From: a virus
Lineage: Duplodnaviria > Caudoviricetes
Length of the DNA stretch: 61,954 bases
Reading direction: 5' to 3' (one strand)
IMG/VR virus record: IMGVR_UViG_3300037840_000222
Span: 1 to 61,954 of that record
Shown here: piece after piece, positions 20,468 through 29,808 of the stretch
How positions within the stretch are numbered: the stretch's first letter is position 1
How the letters are laid out: each line of letters opens with the position of its first letter
Notes under the pieces: generated by a model
Told to the model about the DNA's origin: nothing
Seen by the model: the letters and a program-made list of their open reading frames with translations, nothing else
Databases searched by the model: none
Made by a program: the position numbers and the translations under genes

Positions 20468-22528
20468 TTACTCCTTACGATAGCTAACACATTCAAAACC
20501 TGCCGCATCGAGTGGCAATCCTGGTGCCCAATCTATTGATTGTCTCATACATTCTCGAAGTTCCTTGACTCCTAGGTGAGAAGTCTTTTTTACAACTGCC
20601 GCTATTTCGTCGTGGGCATGTAAAAAAATTGGAAAACCAATTTTATCCGCTCGTAGCACCCCCACCGATAAAATGTCGCGTGAAATAGCTTGATCTGCAT
20701 TTTCGAGCAACTTCCCCCCATGAGTCGGAATCCGAGAATATGTATGCTGTTTTAAATCGTTTCCCCAATAAACTAAAGTCTTCTTAGTTTTTCCAAACCA
20801 TTCTCTTTCCTCCACTGTGGGATTAAGATAATGAACACTTCGTCTTGATGGTAAAATCATCTTCAAAACATCATCTAACAGTTCAAATCGCAGAAATCTG
20901 ACTTGTTGGGGTTTCCCGGTTTCCACGCATTTGATACTGGCGTTTTCCAAATCATACCATAATTGGACAATCTCGTGGTATTTTTCACGAAATAGTTCCA
21001 CGGATTTATGGGCTAATTCTTTCGTCATTTCTACGCCTAAATTTTGGGCGTATCCCCAAAGCCCTGTTCGAATTTTATCCCCTGTCTCGGTTGTGATCTC
21101 GTCTCCCCCACCTAATCGGAAAATAGCGCCCAAGATCGCTGGCTTAGCATTCTGACGCATCTCTTTAACGGCGGGGTCTTTCGTTTTTAATAGTATTTCT
21201 AAATCTTCGTACTTTCTGTCATATAGTTCACAGGCGAAGGCTAGATAGGCGTCTTTGCCATCAGCGAAAACTTGAAGAAGCGGTTTACAATCAGCTAACC
21301 ACGCTCCTACTCTAGTTTCGATTGCCGACTCATCACAAATGACCAGCTTTTCATCATCACCGGCTCTAAACGAGGAACGAAGACACCCGGCTAATACATC
21401 TAATGGATCAGACTTAAAACTAGATATTAGTCTATTAAAATCACCGGCTCGGATTATCTCTATTGCTTCGTCAACCCGCTTTTCTAGTTCCTTATTCGGC
21501 CTTGTTAGGTTTTGCGGTTGTACCCCATGCCCAGACCAGCGGGCAGTCCGACTTGCGCCCATGAATTTAAAGGAATATCTCAGCCGACCATCTGATCCCA
21601 CCATATCCTTGATGGTGCCAAATTTCGAATCAAACGTCTTGGCTGATTGTTGGCGTATTTTTAACGCCGTCCGACACTCTCCCGTCAAACTATAATTGCC
21701 GTTAAGAGCAAGATTAACAAAAGATTTATTAAGAGTGCTAAACGGGTAACCGTTCGCTCTGGCCCAATTTAAAAGCTGGTTTCTTGAATTTGGATTATCT
21801 AATCCTGTAATATTTTTATGCTGAATAGCCAAACCATCATGGATTCTCTCAGCAAAATCGGCGGCATTATTAACCAATAACATATCGCAAGGGATGCCAA
21901 AATCATTAATTTTTTGATCGAGTTGATAGAGTTCCCATTCTTGTAGGGGAAGCGGAAATTTAGCCATTCTATTTATGATGGCGCGTTCAGCCACCACATC
22001 TTGAATGCAGTAAGAACCGAATAACTTCCAGTCTTCCGGATCACTCTCCCAATCCCTAAAAATTGCCTCTGAGATACCGAATAGAGTCTCTTCCCCGCCT
22101 TCCTTGGCAGGTAAGCAGAACTTTTTAATAAGGCGTTTGCCTTCTTCCATCTTAGCCAAATCTGGCGGCAGTCCGAGTTTTTCTCCACATTCTTCTAAGC
22201 TACCTGGAAGACTGAGATATCGGGCTTGTACCATAGCGCAGCGCCATTGATTAATCGGAACTTCTATCCCTAAAATCCATTGAGTAATAACCCGTTCAAA
22301 CTGAGCATTAAAACTCCACTTATTCACCCTATCATCTAATAACCCATCCTCCAACTCTGGGGGAATTGATGAACAGAGATGGGGTTCCCACAGTTTTACT
22401 GGGCCATCATCGTAGCAGTACGCCCCCAAGATGACTTCCGTGCTATGATGCGTAGCATAAACATCCAGCCCGACTTCAGCCAAATTTTTTTCTGACCGTG
22501 ATTCGTAGTCCAATAGCAACCGTTTCAA
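20468..22528 (-). CDS. polA: family A DNA polymerase (APSE/SPO2-like) with 3'-5' exonuclease
   Basis: LDYESRS (Exo I), FNAQFER, YCIQDV, RTARWS...QPQNL, DESAIE (A), RQNAK (B), HDE (C). Confidence 0.93.
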   Translation of the reverse strand: MKRLLLDYESRSEKNLAEVGLDVYATHHSTEVILGAYCYDDGPVKLWEPHLCSSIPPELEDGLLDDRVNKWSFNAQFERVITQWILGIEVPINQWRCAMVQARYLSLPGSLEECGEKLGLPPDLAKMEEGKRLIKKFCLPAKEGGEETLFGISEAIFRDWESDPEDWKLFGSYCIQDVVAERAIINRMAKFPLPLQEWELYQLDQKINDFGIPCDMLLVNNAADFAERIHDGLAIQHKNITGLDNPNSRNQLLNWARANGYPFSTLNKSFVNLALNGNYSLTGECRTALKIRQQSAKTFDSKFGTIKDMVGSDGRLRYSFKFMGASRTARWSGHGVQPQNLTRPNKELEKRVDEAIEIIRAGDFNRLISSFKSDPLDVLAGCLRSSFRAGDDEKLVICDESAIETRVGAWLADCKPLLQVFADGKDAYLAFACELYDRKYEDLEILLKTKDPAVKEMRQNAKPAILGAIFRLGGGDEITTETGDKIRTGLWGYAQNLGVEMTKELAHKSVELFREKYHEIVQLWYDLENASIKCVETGKPQQVRFLRFELLDDVLKMILPSRRSVHYLNPTVEEREWFGKTKKTLVYWGNDLKQHTYSRIPTHGGKLLENADQAISRDILSVGVLRADKIGFPIFLHAHDEIAAVVKKTSHLGVKELRECMRQSIDWAPGLPLDAAGFECVSYRKE

Positions 22529-23660
22529 TCTTCTGTTCTATCCTCTCGAATTTTCTCGCTTATCTCTATTACTCTATCTTTGATATAGTAATAAATATCC
22601 TGATCGTCATCCTTGACGGTACTGGAGTTTAGAACATAAATGCAGGCTACCATAAGGCTATTTATCGCATCGTAGTACCGCTTTTTCATAAGGCTCCTTT
22701 AAATTCCATTAATGGAACAGAGAAAATCAATCAACTCCTGCCGCTCGTTCTAAATTCGAAAGATGCTTATGGAGAGCGTCATCTTCCTCCTTTACGGCTT
22801 CTTCTAAATTAGCAAGAGCCGTTCTAGCTGCGGCGAAATATTCGTCTACTATGTTTCGTCTGTCGAAAAGCACTCTACCGGACTCTCGTATTTTATCAAA
22901 TTTTTTGTTCATGGAGTTTTTCCTTTACCATCAAACAGATAGCATCGCAAACGACCATACATCTAACAGCTATCGATGGATTTTTCATACAGGCATCGTT
23001 TACCCATAACATTGGCGAATTCATTACCACGCCTTCTTATAAGAATAAGTTCTCTTCCGGGGTTGATAGAGTTTTCTCCCAGCTAGAAAATCTCTGTCTG
23101 CGTTGGATAGAAGAACCGTATCTTGGTAATTTTTCCACCATGATGGAAAGAAAGTAGTCGGATTGAATCTCGGACTCTGTTCCTCATAGCCTTTATCTAT
23201 AGTACAGTTAAAACAATGAGTCCTACCGGGATAAAAACGACACTCACAGAAATCGAGTGTCCGGAGATTACGTTCTTTACTTTTTTCGAATCCTTTGGGT
23301 CTGATCATATGGTTATAACCTGAAATCTTTCCTCTTCTTCTTCAGCAGGTAGTTCCGGCCAGTAACAGATGTGAATATTACTTTGAGAGCAATATTTTTC
23401 CGCCATCTCTGTCTCCGGAGGCCGGATTTCAAACACCCCATCTGGGGTGTGTTTTAAAACTAACAAATCCGGCCCTTCTAATAATTTTCGGGCTAATTCA
23501 TGGCTTGTCATTTTTATCCCCTTTTGAAAGAATCCACGCCCTAGCTATATTTGTAATAAAGTTATCCGCGATTAATAGAACAATCGAGACTAGGAGTATT
23601 GCCCAACCCGGATGTTCGCTTGCGAAATACCAAAAAGTCATCTTACCCTCTCGATTGGCT

Positions 23661-24137
23661 TTACTTAATCCAAGCTGTTTTGGTGGAAAGACTGCCGTCG
23701 GTTTCCACCGTTAACGCGGAAACTTTTGCCCGTAATTCCGGGCAGTCAAATACCGGCATTTCTTCCGTTTTTAAAACGAATCGGAGGTTTCTACATTCGT
23801 GCTTATTTCGAACGCCACTGACGGTCCTGTCTGACGGTTGATGAGCTTCGACCCACAAACCCCAATTTAACTTGACCGGCAGGAGTTTTTCATCTCTGGC
23901 ATCGTGAAGGCTAAATTTCCAGTCAGGATGGTTTTTCTTAAAATTTGCTAAATCCCTGTTAGCCCATTCCCAACCATCAATCTTCTGTTTTTCGCTTGTC
24001 CAGTAGAAAAAAGTTCGGTTTGGTTCGACTCCCAAACTCCATGAATTTTCAATAGGCCCGTAGATTTTATTGTCGTTCGGTTTTCGGATTAAGATAATAT
24101 AGCCGGGTACCGCCATCAATTCTTCAGTCGTTGACAT
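23661..24137 (-). CDS. hypothetical protein
   Basis: Likely start is MSTTEE after a GAAGG RBS. The track start is the ATG inside the palindrome. Confidence 0.55.
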   Translation of the reverse strand: MSTTEELMAVPGYIILIRKPNDNKIYGPIENSWSLGVEPNRTFFYWTSEKQKIDGWEWANRDLANFKKNHPDWKFSLHDARDEKLLPVKLNWGLWVEAHQPSDRTVSGVRNKHECRNLRFVLKTEEMPVFDCPELRAKVSALTVETDGSLSTKTAWIK

Positions 24138-25169
24138 TTCACCCTTCGATTCCATTAATGGAATTACTAATTAATTATTTTTTGGTCTTTCTGTTCACTT
24201 CTTTTGCCCACTTAATAAGTTTCTTAGTTTCTGCGGGTGAAAAGAACATGCAACCGATACGGAGAGATTTTCCCGATTTTTCTACCGTTGCGAGACATTT
24301 GCCATATTCGTCTCTAGACGATCTAATGTAGTAAGCCACTAAAAATTGACCGTTGAGACCAGCGATAAGCTCTTTCTTTGTCATTCGATACGGTCTTTTT
24401 GACCTAAATCCCTTACCGCCGTCCGTTTGCCAAATTTCCGTCATGCTGGCTCGATTTAGACGGAAGGTGAAACCACTATCCGATTTTACTGTTCTCATAA
24501 ATTTTCCTCTACTATCTCTGGTTTTGGTACGTCAGAAATAGAGACAATAAACTTTGCTGACGTAATATGCTTCTTTTTTATCCCCTTGGTGGAGGACAGA
24601 ACTTTCAGAGCCTTATAGACCGCCATCGGCCAAGTGCTGCCGGTTCCTTTACTGGTGAAATCGGCCTTGCCTTTAGCTTCAGGAAAGAATGCTTCTACGA
24701 TTACAGATTTCATTGGGGTTCGTCCTTCATCCAATCAATCTCATCTTCTAACCATTCTACACGTTGATCCAGTGTGTCTATTTGTTTTTTTCTCTCCTCC
24801 GCTATATCTTTCCACGAGAGATAACATTGGGCGAGATTACGGATTCCGCCTAATATGTCTTCCTCTTTACACATGGAAAGATACTTCTTAAGTTCTTTAC
24901 GGGCAGCTCGAAGTTGGCCTATCGGTGTTAGTTTTTTCGGAATAGATTTTTTCATGGAAAATTTTTTATCCCTTCATATTCTAATTTCTCCCAATCATCA
25001 TTTTTAGAAAACGATGAATTTAACCATATGGAAAAATCTTGGATCAGAGTATCGCCACTTAGAATCGGGCGGTTTCTGTTTACCTGAGAAAGATAGTTTT
25101 TTACGATATCAGTTAGAATCTCTTCGTCGGAGTAGCATCCCCAATCTGCTTCGTTTTCAGGTGATGGTC

Positions 25170-25586
25170 TCATACTTCATACCCCTCTGATTTTAAAAGA
25201 GTTGTAGCAAACGGCATCGCTATTTCTACCGCTGGTTCGAGGTAAGTTTCTAGTCTATCAAAAACTTCGTCTTCTGTCAAGGGGAAAAGATTGGCTACGC
25301 CAAATCGGGTTTTCCATCTCTCCACCGCTCCCCGGCCTTCAATATCAATATAATTGCCGTCATCTGTTTTTACGAGTATATGTCCGGGGTCATACGGTAG
25401 CCGATTTCGTCCGTCACCTAGAGCGATTAACTGCCAATCTGGTTTTAATTGTTTGATGGCTAAAGCCAATGCATGGCACTGGCCGTGCCGGAACGCCATT
25501 TTAGCGGAATCGTCTATAATTCCTTGATCATTTAGGGGAACAGATAACGTTTCTTCGTGGTTTTTCCATATTTGGACCGTTGGCAT
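25170..25586 (-). CDS. hypothetical protein, possible papain-like C/H/D triad
   Basis: GQCHALALA...GHILV...IDIEG. Confidence 0.45.
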   Translation of the reverse strand: MPTVQIWKNHEETLSVPLNDQGIIDDSAKMAFRHGQCHALALAIKQLKPDWQLIALGDGRNRLPYDPGHILVKTDDGNYIDIEGRGAVERWKTRFGVANLFPLTEDEVFDRLETYLEPAVEIAMPFATTLLKSEGYEV

Positions 25587-26796
25587 TTATAGGAAATTTT
25601 CTTGTTTAATTTCCTGAATTAGTATTTCTAGGATTATCATACCCAAGCCAAGGTTTATAAAAGCGACCCAAACATGATTGTTTAAAATCATCATACCAGA
25701 TGCTGCCAAGTTTACTATGATTGCGGCTTTATATAAAATTCTCATCATCTCTCCTGATTAACTATAACAAATTCCTGTGGGATACCATATCTGTTGGCGG
25801 TTTCGACCATATCACGGAAAGTCATCCATTGATTGTTGAAAGCGTAACGCAATAGAGGGGCGGGATGAACAGATGTACAGAGGATTTCCGCCCCTCTTTT
25901 TAAAAACCAATTACAAAAATCATCTTGACAGAGATAAACAGAGTCGTCTATCAATGCCGATGTTGTGAAATCGTTATAGATTGCTAGTGCCGTTGCCACT
26001 TTTGCTCCTAAGGTAAGAATCGAGATTATATCTCTTCAGCCACAGTTTCGCCGCCTCCCGGCTATCGTGAGAGACGCCTTCCATATTTTTATAAGATATC
26101 GCCACCATAATGGTTTCTTTCACATGTCCTACCCATTCCGGTCGGCCTACCACTATGTACGGCCCTTTTTCGTTAATACGATTTTGGGCTCCGATCTTAG
26201 CCTGTGTTTTGTTGAACTTATCGATTGGATTATAACTAGAGACGCCAAATCGGATGATAGACAGGCCGTTCCCCATTGGAAACTTGTCGGAAGCTACACA
26301 TCCGACCGGAAAGCCTTTTCTGTTTCTCAGATAGAAATATCTCATACTCCTCCTAAAATTCCATTAATAGAACAGACTCTTGATTCACCATGTTTATCTT
26401 GGCATATCGTTTGTCCAAGTTGAAATTCACCTAAACAAAACGGACAACCTCCGTATTCATCAGAATAGGTGTACCCCGATCCTTGGTCTTCGTTACAATA
26501 GCATCGGGAATGGTGGCTATGGCCACAATCACCAGCTTCGGCATCGCAAATTTTCATCTGTCCTCCGATTCCATTAATAGAATAATTAAAATCCCGTCAT
26601 CAAAGCTTCGATATTTGATTCATCCATCCGATAATTAGCGTATGCTTCGCAGATATCGGCTATTTCTTTGACATCGTAAACTGATGCCGCCCACTGAAAA
26701 GCGATAGAATTTAGAATAAGAGCCGCCGCCTCCATTTTGGTTGATGGTATTTTAGGTGGGTTTTCTAAAATATCGTAAATTATGTCGTAATCATCC

Positions 26797-26826
26797 TTGA
26801 CAATCTGTTTATCCATATGTTATACT
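26797..26826 (+). promoter_or_regulatory. sigma70-type promoter
   Basis: TTGACA-18 nt-TATACT with extended TG, upstream of an AGGAG RBS and ORF 26845. Confidence 0.75.
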
Positions 26827-26844
26827 CTTTTCTAGGAGATTAAA

Positions 26845-27030
26845 ATGGCTAAAAGCAAAGGCGTCAGACTCGCCGTAAAAACCATGTCTGAAATTTTATC
26901 CAACCCTAAATCTACCACCAGTCAGAAAATAGGTGCGGCTAGAGTGATAGCTTTAATTTATGGTGGTAAAAAGAAAGCCATGAAAGAGAAGAAAGAGAAA
27001 AATACCGGGGTTTCCCCTCTGTTAAACTAA
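26845..27030 (+). CDS. 61-aa basic protein; lone plus-strand gene in the minus-strand block
   Basis: Has its own promoter and AGGAG RBS. Confidence 0.7.
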   Translation: MAKSKGVRLAVKTMSEILSNPKSTTSQKIGAARVIALIYGGKKKAMKEKKEKNTGVSPLLN

Positions 27031-27819
27031 TCTTGAAAGAAACAGATGGTGGCTCCTTTGGGGAATGTTTCATGTCCCATCTTTACATAGTATTTAACTT
27101 CGTCAAGAGCTTTCTCTTGTGAGATTGTTGACCAATATAAAACATCATCCCCCACTCGGATTGCAACATTATGTTTTGATGTCATATAAAGAACAGGTTC
27201 TCCGTCTGGAATCTTGTCGGCCCCGCCGATAGGCGTTCCTATTTCTTCTTCGCAGTGTTTTAAAGAGTAAGTTATCTTCATTTTACTCCTGTATTAAAAC
27301 GACAACCGTTCCTTTGGGTAACAGACGGTACTGTTGAATAAAGTTTTCTGGGTTTTGATCTTGTGGATTGGACCCGATTCCGGCAGGAGAATTAAACCGG
27401 AATATCCGCTCGCCTATACGAATTACAGGTCTATTAGAATCTGACTCGGCTAAAGTATATTCCGGCAGATTTTTAGCCTCTGTCCATTCCCCATAATTCC
27501 CTTTAGCGTGTTTAACAGAGATAAAGCATTTCATGAATAGCCCTCCGATTCCATTAATGGAATTATCTATGAACTTCAGTTTTATGTCCGTTTTTACAAA
27601 TAATAAACTTTGGTGGATTGGTTCCGTCTACTACTTTATGGATATTAACTTCCGGATCGGCTTGACTGATAGGATTGCATTCAGAGCAGAAAACAACATA
27701 TTTGATCCCTTGTTTGGTTTTAGTTCGGGTTCCGTTTTTCTTGTTCTTTCTGTTTATTCGAGGCATAAGCCCTCCATAAGAAAAGGGAAGTTCTGATCCT
27801 TCCCTTGCCCTAGCAGGAC

Positions 27820-28065
27820 TTAGATGGCTAGAGTGAGATCACCGAGAAGAGTGATATCCGTGCGGCTGCCGAAATAGCTGGCAGGCTTCACCGTTACCTG
27901 ATTGGCTCCCGCATTACCGGGGTGGCCCAGCTTTACAGCTTCACCACCAGTGGCCTTGACGTAAACGCGGCCATAGGAGGTCTGAAAGAATCCGCCGACC
28001 GGAACATCAGCGAAAGTGACGGACTTAGGAGCCGCCTTAGCGGCTGTGGTAAACTTAAAAGGCAT
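27820..28065 (-). CDS. hypothetical small protein
   Basis: 81 aa, GC-rich codon usage, flanked by conserved hairpin elements. Confidence 0.65.
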   Translation of the reverse strand: MPFKFTTAAKAAPKSVTFADVPVGGFFQTSYGRVYVKATGGEAVKLGHPGNAGANQVTVKPASYFGSRTDITLLGDLTLAI

Positions 28066-28704
28066 GTTTTTCTCTTTTCATTTGAAATTCTCTCTTTTGA
28101 GAGTGAGGTTCTGATCCCTCCATAAGACAGTCTAAATTAGACTGCCCTAGCAGGAATGAAGCTCTAATAACCTGAAATAACGCCGGATTGTAACTCTAAA
28201 TACCACGCACCTCCGTCATGGTCTTTTGTTTGGATATCGGCTTCCGCCTCTTCATTAAACAGAATTTTAACATATTGAAGATATCGTTCTGTTACTGTTA
28301 AATCTTCTTGTGTAGAAAGATCGAAACGATATTGATAATTAACGTAATAAGATAGGATACTTTTTCTTATCATTAATTCGATTTGTTCTCTGTTTGGCTG
28401 GCAATCATCTCTATAATCTAGAGCCAATTTAAGGCCATTTAACATCGGACGGAAAGTATTGCTAAAATCGTTGTCGCCTAAAACTATCGCTATTGTTCTT
28501 ATCTGTTCCACGTTTACCCCACCCAAACCCAATTACAAACACAACTTATTGTCTCATGAAGCGTCTGTTTTGGGTACTGTCCTTCCCCAATGTTGTCCCG
28601 CCTAAAACCGGCGGCCCTATTAGGAAAGATTCCGGAATAAGTGGCACAGGAAACGTAAATAGTTTGTTCGAGGTTCATCTGTCCTCCTATTCCATTAATG
28701 GAAT

Positions 28705-29808
28705 TTAAAACCCGCCTAGCAATTGAGTTTGACTGTTATTTTGATAAGTGCTGGCGGTAGTTTCATATTTGAATTTTGCTTCGAACTTATCCAGTTTACC
28801 TGCGACAGACCAAACGGCTTTTTCCTGTATGAGTGCCTCAATTGCCTCTGGGCAGTGCATAGAATGAACGAGATCAATTGCCGCCCTTGGCTCCATCCCA
28901 CAAGCTACGACAAACAGAGAGGCTAATGCTGTTCCAGTCCGACCATGACCACCTACACAAAACATTAACATTTTGTATTTATTGGTTTTGAGATAGTTTA
29001 CCAAATCTCTCCAAAATTCGCCTGGAAGATTAACCACCCCTCTATCCGGCCAGTCAAGAACAAATTCTCTATATGTCTGTCCTCCAGATTCCCATTTAGC
29101 CAATTCGGGGACAGGTAATTTGTGCTTTTTTCCTATTTCATTTCCAGTTAGATTGAGCACTATATCAAATTCGTTTAAACGGGTTTCGCAATCATACCTG
29201 CGGCCTACCCAAACACCCCACGTTTTCCCATCAATCATTTGTTTTGGTGGGTGGGAACAGTGTTTAACGTTAGACGTATAACTGGCGAAGCCGTTCGCTT
29301 TCCGGCCAGCAGGAGTTTCGTGCTTTTCAGCTAATGCCCAGGTATCGAATTTTTGTTTACAGTATATGCATTGTTGAGAACATTCTTCTTTAACCCATTT
29401 ACAATAATGGAGTTCTTCTTTTTGCTCATCCTTCTTTTCAGTCTGGATCATAGAATTATCCCTTTCATGGTTGGTGGCTTCCTGCATATACCAAGTTTCA
29501 AACTTACACCCGGTACAATGCCAGATTTCATATTCATCAATGTAAACTTGATGTTTTATTTGGTCTTGATCTGGCAGAAACTCTTTAGTCTCTAGATTCC
29601 AATCTTTTTCACATTTATCACAGTAACCCAGCCAAACACCGTGCCATTCATATTCATAACTTGCAGTTTGGCATTTTGGGCAAGGAGAATAGACAGCTTC
29701 GCCTACCCCCGCTTGTTCGACATCCGACTGTTCCATCATAGATAATTCCAGTTCGTTATGGGGCCGATCACAATCTATTTCTTCGCATTGACAGATTAAA
29801 TTATTCAT
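28705..29808 (-). CDS. Cys-rich N-terminus + PTP/dual-specificity phosphatase domain
   Basis: Cx5R loop FCVGGHGRTG, upstream DWPD loop, downstream E...Q. Confidence 0.82.
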   Translation of the reverse strand: MNNLICQCEEIDCDRPHNELELSMMEQSDVEQAGVGEAVYSPCPKCQTASYEYEWHGVWLGYCDKCEKDWNLETKEFLPDQDQIKHQVYIDEYEIWHCTGCKFETWYMQEATNHERDNSMIQTEKKDEQKEELHYCKWVKEECSQQCIYCKQKFDTWALAEKHETPAGRKANGFASYTSNVKHCSHPPKQMIDGKTWGVWVGRRYDCETRLNEFDIVLNLTGNEIGKKHKLPVPELAKWESGGQTYREFVLDWPDRGVVNLPGEFWRDLVNYLKTNKYKMLMFCVGGHGRTGTALASLFVVACGMEPRAAIDLVHSMHCPEAIEALIQEKAVWSVAGKLDKFEAKFKYETTASTYQNNSQTQLLGGF

